The notes under the pieces: generated by a model
The model's database searches: none
Told to the model about the DNA's origin: nothing
What the model saw: the letters and a program-made list of their open reading frames with translations, nothing else
Shown here: positions 12,701 through 25,100 of the stretch, piece after piece
Position numbering within the stretch: the stretch's first letter is position 1
Layout: the number at the start of each line of letters is the position of its first letter
Program-made: the position numbers and the translations under genes
From: Daphnia carinata
Taxonomy: Eukaryota
NCBI RefSeq assembly: GCF_022539665.2
Contig: NC_081333.1
Coordinates: 12,338,001-12,402,000 of the forward strand
Direction: 5' to 3'
Length of the DNA: 64,000 nt

Positions 12701-15700
12701 AGCATGTTTCAATTGCGCGTTCTCAATTCCCAAGAAAAATACAAAATAAAATCAGTGAAAAGAAATCGAAGAAAAACAACACGTACTTTCGTTTAAAACG
12801 GAAGCGTCTACCTTTTAACTTTCGTCAAATTTGCAGATCATTATGCGCACATAATTAAGCCCTTAAACTGCTTTATTATATTCTCTTTCCCCAATGGCAA
12901 AGTGGTCACGAACACCTAGGGTCAATCAAAACGCGCACGCCTAAAGGGGAAATGCTTCAGTATAGTTATACCTTCAAATTTCCGAAAACTGAACAAATAA
13001 CGGATTCAACCGCGCCCCCAAAGAATATAGCTTACGCTATATAATAGCTATTGTAAGCTATCGGTCTACTGTTTATCCTAAAGCGGTTCGTGGAAATCAA
13101 GCGTACCAAACCCTATGAAATAACATGCCAAACAAATGACGGCAGGCCAACAGCCAATCGATTGCACAAAAAAACGATACGTGGGCGTCTCTAAAAGGCC
13201 AGTGTGTTTTGAGCTAAAAAAAAAGGAAGGCTAGCATTAATTGATCTAGAAAAAAAAAAAAGCAGGACGTCGTCATCTCTAACATCGAATCATTTAAGCA
13301 ATTCTTTTTTCTTTCCAATCAGACGTAGGGCGATACGTTCTGCGATTCTTATTCCGCGTTTTGTAAAGGAGACCTCGTTCTAGCCACACGCGGCGGATGA
13401 CACAAACCGACGACTATTCTCCATCTACGACTCGCAACGTAACGTGCACAAGTCCTCGCTTGGCCTTGTCTGGTTTCCTTTTTCATGTGTGTACATGTAC
13501 ACACCTGCTGGTGATCTATTATGTGGTCATGGAAGAAAAATAATCCTGCGGACGCAGTGTTCCCTTTCTTTCCGTGTACATCTGATCCCCCAATGGTGCC
13601 ATATATTGCGGTGCTTATTTTTGAGGGTGTATTACGTGGACTTTCTTTTTTTTTTTTTCTCATTTCTGCACACAATCCACAACGACTAGACTGCTGTGGT
13701 GTTTACGTAAGAAAAATACATAGGCAAAACGTTAACGATTCATCACTTTCATAGACTCGCTGCGTGAACGGAGGCAATAAGCTTCAAGGTGGCAGGCGCA
13801 CCTTCCTGCTGAAACACAACGACCTTTAAAATATATTCGAAGATGTTTGCCTTAACTTGTGTAATCTTCTACTTCCTCCTCTTTATTTTTTTAAAGGGGC
13901 GCCAGATATTCTCAACTTTGAAGTTCATCTTTCTTGGAGGGTAAAGAAACGAAGGGAAGGCGATGGTGAAAATTTAAAAGTCTTTCAAGCTGAACGGATC
14001 AAAAGAGATTTAGCCTTGTCTGCAATTCAATTTCCACTTCGCTAGCAAAGGCCTTCAATCGAGGCCGTTCAAATCCCGACTGGCTTATTTAAGGGAAAAA
14101 AAAAAAAAGAAAACTGCTGTACGCGGCAATAGAACGGAGGAATGAAGGATTACAGTTGACATAAGTAACACGCCCAGTATGCATACTGAATTACTGATGT
14201 ATGATCCATCTTTTACAATGTATAATATAATCATGTTGCATCACCACACAAAAAATGATGAACGATTGGGGGGGGGAGGGAGTCCACCGGATACAGCATA
14301 TCCTGCTTTTGTAGCAGCTTTTTCTATTGGTATGTGCCACCACGATTTCTTATTTTTTGTTTTTTTTTGTTTCCCACCCACTTTTTAAAACTTCTGAGAT
14401 TTTTATCTTTTTGCGTCCCGTTTCTTTTCTTTTTTGGCAAGGCAAGCACACGAACTCCTTTGCTCCCGGAGCTGACGATGCGAACAGTTCTCTTTCTACT
14501 TTTGTTGCCGGTTTCATCCAGTTGTATTCAAAGAAAATGACGACCTTTTTTCTTCTCCACGGGAAGAATCGACGTCTTTGATTCCGATGTGGTGCATTGC
14601 GACGCAAAACTAGTCTTTTTTTTTTTATCCTTTTTCCTTTGTACAACAACAAAAAAAGACAAGTTTATTATTTATTCCTCCCCCCCCTTTTATGCTGCAT
14701 GTGTGTTTTGACTGTTTCGATCTACTACCTAATAACTGACACGAAACCTTTTGTATATTCTCCACGCAACACGCTCCATCAATGTAAAGTAACCTTCTCT
14801 GTTTCTACCAAGTTTTTAGGTGAAGCCTCACCCAGCATGTTGGGCATTGCGAAGTTGAGCATTATGCAACCTATCTCAAATATGTAGCCTACTACATACT
14901 GTACGTCTTACATAAGACATGTGATTTTGATGGAGAAGTAACGCTGGCTAATCGTTGCGTGGTTGGGTCACTGAAATATTGAAATAAGCCTTACGAATAT
15001 CTGTGGGCTTAAGGTCGCCATTAGAGCGAAATGATTTCCGGTCACTCCCACAGGCTGTGTTATCATTTAGCAATGCTGAAAGCTATGCCCGCGGAACGTT
15101 CGTTCGTACGTAAACAACGGCTCTCTCTCTCCTTTGTTGAGTATACAGCCGCAAAGGTTGAGAGTATTTCTCTAGCACCAATCCCAAAAAAAGCCTAAAA
15201 TCACAAAGAAAAAGGAACAAATAATTTGTTCAACGACTTTATTTTATTTTATTTTTTCTCTATCCATTTAGCTTAATAAGTGGGTGACTTGTTCAGGTCA
15301 ATAAATCATCAATAGAACATATACTGTACGTGCACGATAGAGTTGAAGTTCGGACGAAGGCAAGTGAAGCTTTTATTGCTTGTCCATTTCCTACCGTTTG
15401 CCCATTTTCCGGTTATTTGACTAGCCTTTGGCTAAAGCAGAAGGACTTTATGGGCCAATCCAATCATCGCAGATGAGAGCGCTTGTTAGTTGTCGTAAAA
15501 AACCAACATCGGCCAGCTCCGACTGCTTCCATTCATTTTATGCTTTCAATACCGTATAGATGTACTAATAAATTGTTAGATTATCGTGTCTACGTAGTCA
15601 ATGTCATTTGTCGCAGTAAGTGGACGAAATGCACATCCCGTTGATTGCACTATTGATGGGTCGTTGTAGGAAAGAACTGGATTATTCCAATATCAATGAG

Positions 15701-18700
15701 ATGTTAAATTAGTCGATGCGTAAAGAATTGGATCAGTCGTTTCAGTACGTTACCTTTTTATTTTTATTTTTTTTTTTTTTTTGGCAAATAAAAATAGAAC
15801 ATTCCACAAACTGGGAGGTATATTGTTCCAGAAAGACGGGGGATCTAATAGGTCAGTTTGTTTTTTTTCAATACGTTGGATATAACAAATACAGCACCGT
15901 TTGTTCTGCTGTAAATATATATGGCCAGAAATAACCTGCTCGTTTACACTCCTGGAGGTTTGTTCATTGTTCCAGTAACGCTTTGCCATTTGGCGAGTCG
16001 ACCTGAAAAAAAGAGGCACATAGAATAGCTATCTTGTGAAAAAAAGAAAAAATACGATTTTCATGGCACACGAGTGAGTGAAATCGAACGGGATTTTGGC
16101 TCTACTTATCTTTGGAAAAAAACAAACAAAACAGAAATGGTTGGTCAACACCGTCAACTTAAATGCGCACACTGTGTGATGCAACACGGCAGCTGCTGTC
16201 TTTTGTCAAATACATTTCCACTAAAGCCACAGTGACAAAAATTTGAAATGCTCTTCTTTTGTCGCCGTTCTAAGCTCGTGCCGATGGAACGGGCTATCAA
16301 AGACCAAGGTTATCCAAGAGCGAAGTAACTCGAATTTCACACAACGTTGAACAGAGCCCGCTAAAAATTCCAGAAAAAAAAATGAATGGAAAATCCACCG
16401 CTATTCTTCGGGTTTTTTTTTTTTTCTTGAGAAAACAGTGATGATTCTGCACTGTTTAAGGCACTTTCTTATTTAAATTTTGGGTTGACTGGTTGAACTG
16501 AAACGCGCTTCACGTTGCAAAAACGCGTGGCGGAAGAGCCTAAACGTAAATGCTGACTGAACAAAAGCGTTCAGTTCCGCAAGGCAAATAGTCGTGCTTT
16601 TCACGCTCTTGCCACAATGTAGATCTAAATCAGTTGGCCTTCTTTTTTTTTTGCACTTGAATCCCGCAGCCTGGCCGATTGCCAAAGCGATTTAGTCACG
16701 TAGTTGGTAAACGAAGCGAATAAAACGTAAAAATGAATGTTGTTGACTGGGATGTATTCCTTTAAATATTCTTATCCACGAAGCGGAAAGGCTACTGAGT
16801 CCTGGGCGTTACGATGGAACTTCCAGTATGCCACATACGGAAGTGCAAGTAATAGCTTCCGGTTGATAAAAGGAGGAAGGAGAAATGGTCGAAATTCGTG
16901 GGAATCTAAAGATCACGTTTTTTTTCCCCCACAACATGGAATGCCATTTCCAGGAGGCTGTATTTATTTCCTCTTGTGGGCGTTGCTTATATTCACGCAG
17001 ACATGCAGAGAGAAAAGTAAAAGAAAAAAAAAGGAGGGAGACCAATAGGCACGGCAGTTTCCTCTGGCGTTTTTTGTCATATTCAGTTCCAAACGACAAG
17101 AATAAATCGTTTCGTCCCATTCATTTGACTTGTATAGGTTAACATTAGACTCGATCATTTATCGTCTTTTTTTCATGACTACATCACTCTTTAAAAAAAA
17201 AGAAGTTAATGGACTATTTCAATAAGTGGATTCCAAGTTATTTCTGACAATAACCGAGTCGGAAGCTTTCCTTCAATCTAATTCAATTCAGCTTCAATCT
17301 ACTTTAATGATTGTTCTTTTCGTGTTTTTTTTTTTAGTCTAATCGAAAGGAGTAGACTAACTTGGCACGTCAGTTTTATAGACTCACTGTCAAAAGCATC
17401 ACGCCAAGCAGAAAAAGAATAGGAAAAAAGGAACACAGATATTTCATTCAAGAAGACCGTGTCGTGTGTTTTATTCCCGTTTTTCGTTGAATAAAAAAAG
17501 CGGTTCAACCAACGTTGATCGCTATTCAAACAAGGATACTTCTTGTGTCTCTTTAATATTTTTTAAAGATTTCTTATTCTACTTTAGCGAACAAAAAAAA
17601 AGGCAATAGCCTATCAGTATTCAACATCGACCATGAATAATTTACTTTACTTTCTTTTCTTCTCTGTATAAATATGACGAGAGTTAAATATTATTTAAGC
17701 GTGTCGGTGAAATGGCAAGATAGCCATTAGTGAAGGTAAAGAGACTAATGATGTTAAGGTAAAAATACTATTGATAATAAACTTTCAGTCTTCCCTGCCG
17801 AACGTAAAGTTGCCATCAATATTGCACTCGCTGTCATGATGCAAACAAAATTGAAATCCAAACAGGCTCAGCAACAAATTTTCACATCAAAGTCGGTAAT
17901 CTTCCTAATTCTATTTAGTTGTACGTCATACTCGCGCCAATGCGATGGATAAAGCTCTCGTTTGTAACTTTCTTTATACGTCGGCCTGCCTAAAAATATC
18001 GCCTCCTAGAAGGATAACGACATTGAACGGTGTCGAGGAGTCCGCTAAAGCAGCTTTGCGCAGTGTCATTCATCTTGCTATTTTTTTTTATTTTAGAAAC
18101 CATTTGTAGCCTATTTTTTTTTTGTCACCTGAGTTCTCGTCCAGACTAAAACTAACGGACATGATTCCGTCATGGAAACTGCACTAGTTCTCTCTTTCGT
18201 CTCTACGTAGAAAACGATTAAGCGGAATATACAATTTTACCTGACGTACGCATTAGAAGTTTGTTTTTCAAAATGCATCCAAATAGAATAAACACGTGAA
18301 TATACGTACACTTCCATGATCGAAGGATAATCGGACCGTCCCATTCCAAGAACTCCTTTGGTCTTTTATAACACGCGTTTTGACTCGGACGCAGGGGAAA
18401 GTAACCGACTCTTATTGGAATGGCGTTCAGCCAAGCGGAAGAGAAAGGAATCCAATGACAAGACTTGTCATTTCCTCGTTTTATCCCAACTGTTTTCTTC
18501 TTTTTTCCAAGTTTGCGTAAGCCATATAAAACGGTCACAGACTCTTCCCCATTCTTCGGGTTTCCTATACATTGTTGTCAAAGCTATATATAGAAAGAAT
18601 AGATTTTCTATTGAACTCTATATTTATACGTACATATATCTATCATAGCTTTCATCTCCGAATCCCGTGATTCATCGCTTATAAAGCAACTTTCTCTTTG

Positions 18701-20029
18701 ATGTTTCTTTCGAAGGCCCCCCCCCCCCCCCCCCACCCAAACTTCCAGGTTTGTTAGTAGTGACGAACATGCCATCAGACGTCACTTGCCAAACATTACG
18801 TTCTCCAGTGGTACTGGATAGGAGGTAAATATCACACTATCAAAGGCATTAGCATTCCATCTCAGATCCCGTTTTAATTTAGTTTCGGTTTTTTTTTTCT
18901 AATGCAGCCAATAGCGAAGGATTATGTCCTAACGGAGACAGTGGCTACTGTTACCAGGAATCGTTCATCAGCTAAGCAGAGTAAGCAAAAACTATACTTA
19001 CATCGAGTCGGTTAATTGGTTTAGCAAAATCGGCGACAGTGGCTGCAAAGTTTTGAAGGATATGGGTGATACTTATGTCAAACATGGATATCTCATTAAC
19101 AATAAATTTAGCAGCGAGCGGCATTTTGGAGAACCCTCCTGGAGACGAGTCTTTCTAAGCTCTCAATGAATGTAGCGTTTGAGAATGGTAATGAGCCAGT
19201 GATGTCAGAGCTGAGAGTGACGATAATCAGCTCCTCTGCTATATCCACCATGTGATAATTCGATGTTTTTAAGTCTTGAAGTACGATGCAAGTACTCGAT
19301 CCACCCGTTTCGCAGGATGCCGCATTGCATATCGTTTGGCTTCGTGTTATTGATGTAGAATTTAGTCGGCCTATAATTCTCATATGTATAACACATCATT
19401 ACTCACCTAGTACCTCATGTTTCAATTAAACTAGAAGTCTCCAACCATAACAGAGTTGTGTTGGCGGACGTGTGGTCGTTCTTTTTGCAGTTGGCCCAGT
19501 AAACAGAAAAGGGGTTTTCCGTAGACAAGTTAGACAGGTCAGTGTTTTTAATTGTTGAACAGTTCCGTTTCTTTGTACAGAGCAAAAATATTTCTAATGA
19601 TATTTGCAATGATAAGCAAGGGAATGGTTGATAAGAAAGGGCGAAAACAACTAGTTGGTTTCTTATCAAGCACGTGAGTACTAAAACAAAGGGATCAGTT
19701 TGTTTTCATTACGCTTCCTCAGACTCTTCCATTCACTTGTGTTGCCAGGTTCGTTTTATTCAGGTTCCAGCTGATGTGTCGCACTTTGTGAGATAGCCCA
19801 TCGACAGGTATCTTTTTTTTTTTTTCGTATGTCAATTTATTTTACTTAGCCAACATGTGTTGATATTTGAATTCGAAATACTAATTGTCTCATTCATTGT
19901 AACGTAGCACGTACTTTTGTTTGAGTATTTTGTTTGCCTGCTCATCTGTCTGCCTTAATAAACAGCCCAATGAAGGAGGTTTTAGCGCATCGATTAAGTG
20001 TGGGCTTCAATTGTATCGACATAAAAGAT

Positions 20030-20740
20030 GAAGCGCATTCCCCCAATCGTTCTTCTTTACTTTTTCTCGATACCGAGTTCGATCAAGTATGCAATTGCAT
20101 CGGTTAAGTGCGAACTTGAACTGTTATACGCATTGCTTCCAACGCTCCTTTATACGATTACGTCGATGCCGAGTTCGATGAAATATTTAATTGCATCGAT
20201 TTTGTGTGGACTTGAATTATAGAAAGACAAAATATGAAGTGCATTCCATCCATTGCCATTCTTTGCATTTTTGTCGATGCCTTGATCAAACAACAGTTTA
20301 ATTGCATCGATTAAGCCTGGGCTTAAATTGTTATAACACAAAAGATGAAGCGCATTGCATCCATCGTTCTTCTTCGCGTTTATGTCGATACCGATTTCGA
20401 TCAATAGTTTAATTGCATTGATTAAGTTTCGGCTTGAATTATTATAACACAACAGATGAAGCGCGTTGGATCCACCGTTGGTTGTTGCGTTTATGTCGTT
20501 GTCGGGGTTGATCAAGAGGTTAATGGCTTCGATTAAGCCTGGGCTTGAATTGTTAAAACATAACAGGTGAAGCGCATTCCATCCATCCTTCTCCTTTGCG
20601 TCCTTATCGATGCCGGATTTGATCAAGAGTTTAATTGCAGCAGTTAAATGTTGGCTTGAATTGTAAAAACACAAAAGATGAAGCGCATTCCATCCTTTTT
20701 TGTTCCTTGTGTTTCCGTCGATGCCGAGTTGCATTAAAGA
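20030..20740 (-). repeat. 111-bp tandem coding repeat (37-aa ankyrin units), copy A
   Basis: Recurrent plus-strand motif gatgaagcgcattccatcc...tcgatgccgag at 111-bp spacing. Five intact units plus degenerate units past the stop. Confidence 0.9.
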
Positions 20741-21895
20741 TTCGATGCTTTCCATAAAATCGTTTTCTGAACTCTTTTCACACAGCTGATGCAGTTGTTT
20801 TTCTTTTTCGGTAAGCTAAATGGAAAACATTTGTTAGAAAACTCAAATTTCATTGACGAAGAAGGTTTTAAACTTGTGTGACTTCATTACTTCGATTTTT
20901 ATGGCTTGGAGTTTAATAACAACTTCTTCCGATGTGATTCTCATATCAGGTGACTTGGTCAGCATTTGTTCTATCAAGTTACGTGCTAAATGCTTCTCGT
21001 GAATTTCTATTTTTTAAGAGTTTTAAACATTTAGTTATTATGCTTATGTTATGTGATCTTCCTCAAGTGGTAACTTACTACTCATATTAACTGGATTGTT
21101 GTTCTTCATGTTCCTCTCAATTTCTAAGGAACCGTCACCGTAGAGATGTCTTCCTTTCAAGAGAATATATCCAAAGACGAGGCCTTCTGCGTATACGTCA
21201 CTTTTGACGGAGCCTTCAGTTTCTTCAATGCGTAGGTCTCTGTCCATCAATTCCATCACTTCGGGAGAGAACCACAATACACACCCTTTGATTGTCCTCA
21301 TTCTGTATGTTCCTCGTTCATTCACTGTTCTTGACAATCCAAAATCAGCCCACTTGATCGTTACCTCTTCACCTTGGTCATTATGTTTCACAGAAATGAG
21401 AATGCTTTGCGGTTTAATGTTCCGGTGGATTAGTTTCTGTGAATGAATGTATTTGAGACCAGAGGCTAATTGGTAGAAAACCTCGAAATCATTTGGTAAT
21501 GCAGGTCCTCTATATTTCCGAGAATCGTGCTCATTTAGGTACACCCGATCCAGTGATGCGTCGCACAATTCCATAGCAATGTATCTGAATCACAGAAATC
21601 ATATCAAAATTCTTTTTTGAATTCAAATTTATATAACTTTTTTGATACGTGATATCACGTAACAATCTTACCTGAAGTCCTCATCGCTTGCGAAGTGGAA
21701 AAATTTAACTATATTGGGATGGGCGCCTAACTGTAGATGAATTTTTAACTCACGGGGCTGGACGCTGTCAATCCTCTTCTCAATTCGTTTGACTGCTACA
21801 CTTTTACCTTTATATTGACCACGGAACACTGAGCCAAAGCCACCGACACCCAAAACATCATGGCGATCGAATTGGATGCCAGTATTCAACAACAT
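20150..21895 (-). CDS. IRE1-like (pseudo)kinase fused to 5 ankyrin repeats, copy A, ~503 aa
   Basis: Exons 21895-21672, 21584-21079, 21006-20891, 20815-20150, all GT-AG and in frame (1512 nt). Motifs LGVGGFGSVF, VAVKRI, HPNIVKFF, FR|YIAMELC, IHRNIKPQSILI, WADFGLS, WFSPE, KGRHLYG, then 37-aa NALHLLC repeats. Could instead be a truncated pseudogene. Confidence 0.85.
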
Positions 21896-22749
21896 TTAAA
21901 CTTATTTGCACCCGAGGTTGGCGCGACAAGAACTTGTGTGCGAGTTAATTTGGAAAATACCGTTTCACACTGAGCAACCCTCACAGCAATCCGAAATTGC
22001 TTTTGAGTTTATCAGTCAGTTTATCCGATTGCCGAGCATAAAATATAACTTACGAGTCGAATGCAGATAATGATGTGTTATCTCGTCGTCTACCTGTTGA
22101 TTCGTGTGAAACCTCAGTAAGGTTTTTTTATGTGCTTTTTAAAATGACTTCAGATCATTTTTTACGGAATTTTTTGCTCCTTGATTGTCAAATGATTTTA
22201 CACCGAATTAATAATTTGCTCAATTGCCTTTCCAATCGTTCCTTTTAATGTTTTCTGCGTATAAAACGTCTTATCATAGAGCTTTACCAATTGCGCTCTG
22301 CACAGTTCGCTTTCGACATGTATATCTTATCGAAGCTTTCCCTCCTTCTTTTTGTTTATATACAGTAAATATACCGTAAATGTAGACTACGTCAGTTTTA
22401 TGATGAACATGATGTATCTATGTTATCTTATATTTTAAAATAATTAAAATATGGTTTTGCTTAGGATTGAAACACACGTTGGTCAGAAACAGACTTGATG
22501 CCAAGAAGACTATATAATTGTTATTCTCTTGGTAAGTTGCTCATTGTCTATTACACCATAAGGTGAATCAGGATTGGATTTCAAATAAATGTAATTTGGT
22601 TTATTTCTTTAAGTCAGTAAGCCAGGAGAAAGATGAAAAAAAAGTTCTGAAAAATTCATTCGTTGCTTTATGCTTGTCAACTATGCAACTACTCATATAA
22701 TAACCCTCCTGTAAATAATATGACAACTCTCCTGTAGACGAGTCTTTAT

Positions 22750-23780
22750 AAGCTCTCAATGCATTTAGCATTTGAGAGTGATAATGAGCTAGCGATGTCA
22801 GAGCAAGCAATGACGACAATCAGCTTCTCTTCCTATGCCCGCCAATAATTCTCTGTTTTCAAGTCTTGAATACGATGCAAGTACTCGATCCATCCGTCTC
22901 GACTATGATAACTTCCTCCAGATGGATGTAGTAACAAACTGGAATGTCCAACGGAATCGGATGATCGGCATGCATTTCCCGCAGGAGAACGAAAAAGTGT
23001 TGGCACATGTTGCCAAAAATATGACTTGAACTATGTTTTAAGTTCATTTCACATCCATTTAGTATTAACATTGTGACCGCACAGCTCAAGTTTCCACTCG
23101 ATCGGTTATGCACTAAATGTCAAGCGCTTTTCATCTTTCGTTGCGCTCTTTATCATGTAGACCATAAGTGGATTACGAATGTCACGCTTATCTATGTCTG
23201 CATTCTTCGATACTTTTACTAGCCTTGTATGTTTGCTTCGACTTCGTTAATTATTCCGAGTAACTTTCGGCGTTTCAAGATAACCCATTGCATACCGTTT
23301 GGCTTCGTGTTGTTGATGTAGAACTGGGCCGCCGTTTCATTCTCATATGTATAACACACTATTGCTCACCTAATACTGTACCTCGTGTTTCAACTAAACT
23401 GGAAGTCTCCAACCATAACAGTGTTGTGTTTGCTGGCGTGTAACCGTTCTTTTTGCAGTTGGCCCAACAAACAGAAAAGGAGTTTTTCCGCAGACAAGTT
23501 AGACAGTTCAGTGTTTCAACTGTTTAACAGTTTCGTTTGCTTGTACAACGCAAAAATATTTCTAATGATATTTTCAATGATAGGCAAGGGAATGGTCGAT
23601 AAGAGAGGAAGAAAGCAACTAGTTGGTTCGTTATCAAGGGCGTGGTTACTAAAACAAAGGGATCAAGTTGTTTGTTTTACGTTTCTTCAAACGCTTCCAT
23701 TCAATTGTTACAACGTTCGTTTTATTCAGGTTCCAGCTTATGTATCACATTTTGTGAGGTAGCCCACCAAGCAGTTCCTT
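22750..23780 (-). pseudogene. Decayed exon-like ORF relic downstream of kinase-ankyrin copy B (homologous relic at ~19130-19810 downstream of copy A)
   Basis: Long, mostly single-frame protein-like text with scattered stops (PLLSTIPLPIIENIIRNIFALYKQ...CYTYENETAAQFYINNTKPNGMQWVILKRRKLLGIINEVE...GWIEYLHRIQDLK), conserved between the duplicates. Confidence 0.4.
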
Positions 23781-24009
23781 ATTTTTTTTTTTGCATGAAA
23801 ATTTATCTAACTATCTAATTAGACTATATCCGTTGATATTTCAATTAATATTTTTTGCGATTGATCAAGTTATGGAGTTAGCCGTATTTTTCCGATTTTG
23901 ATGATCCGTCCCATTTATTGCAATGTAGCAGGAAGATTTGTTTGAATTTTTGTTTGCCTTTTCCTCTTGCGAGTGGTCTTAATAAACAGCCCAAAAAAGG
24001 AGGCCTTTG

Positions 24010-25100
24010 CGCATCGATGAAGTGTGGGCTTGAAATATGAATCATATCGCCATGAAAGATGAAGCGCATTCCCTCAATCGTTCTTCTTTGTTTTTTTTTC
24101 GATGCCGAGGTTAATCGAGGGTTTAATTGCATTGGTTAAGTGTGAACTTGAATTGTTAGACGTGTTGCTTCCGTCGCTTCTTTTTACGCTTTTGTCGATG
24201 CCGAGTTCGATCAAGAGGTTAATTGCATCGATTTTATGTGGACTTGAATTATAAAAATACAAAACATGAAGCGCATTCGATCCATCGCTGATCTTTGCGT
24301 CTTTGTCGATGCCGAGTTTGATCAAGATTTTAATTGCATCCATTAAGTGTGGGCTTGAATTGTTATAACACAAAACATGAAGCGCATTCCATCCATCATT
24401 CTTCTTTGCGTTTGTGTCGATACCGATTTCGATCAAGAGTTTAATTGCATCGATTAAATGTGGACTTGAATTGTTACAACACAAAAGATGAAGCGCGTTG
24501 GATCCAGCGTTGGTTTTTGCGTCTATATCGATGCCGAGTTCAATCAAGAGTTTAATTGCATCCATTATGTGTGGGCTTGAATTGTTAAAACATAACAGAT
24601 GAAGCGCATTCCATCCATCGTAGTCCTTTGCGTCCTTGTCGATGCCGAAATGGATCAAAAATTTAATTGCATCGATTAAGTGTGGACTTGAATTGTGAAA
24701 ACACAAAAGATGAAGCGCATTCCATCCATTGTTCTTCTGTGCGTTTTTGTCGATGCCGAGTTGGATCAAGAGTTTTATTGCATCGATTAAGAGTGGGCTT
24801 GAATTGTTACAACACAAAAGATGAAGCACATTGCATCCATCCTTCTTCTTCGCGTTTTTGTCGATGCCGAGTTCGATCAAGAGTTTAATCGCATCGATTA
24901 AGCTTGGACTTGAATTGTTGAAACATAACAGGTGCAGCGCATTGCATCCATCGTTATCCTTAGCGTCCTTGTCGATGCCGAGTTCGATCAAGAGTTTAAT
25001 TGCATCGATTAAGGTAGGGCCTGAATAATTATGACACAACAGATGAAGCGCATTCCATCCTTTTTTGTTCCTTGCGTTTATGTCGATGCCGAGTTGCATT
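24010..25100 (-). repeat. 111-bp tandem coding repeat (37-aa ankyrin units), copy B
   Basis: Same 111-bp unit. Eight intact units, one internally deleted unit, and one degenerate unit spanning the stop codon. Confidence 0.9.

Noticed and set aside
13025..13062. Short hairpin atagcttac...gtaagctat
   Set aside because: A 9-bp AT-rich stem is expected by chance and is too short for a pre-miRNA.
24010..25100. Regularly spaced repeats that superficially resemble a CRISPR array
   Set aside because: The whole 111-bp unit is repeated and translates as ankyrin repeats. There are no unique spacers or cas genes, and the locus is eukaryotic.
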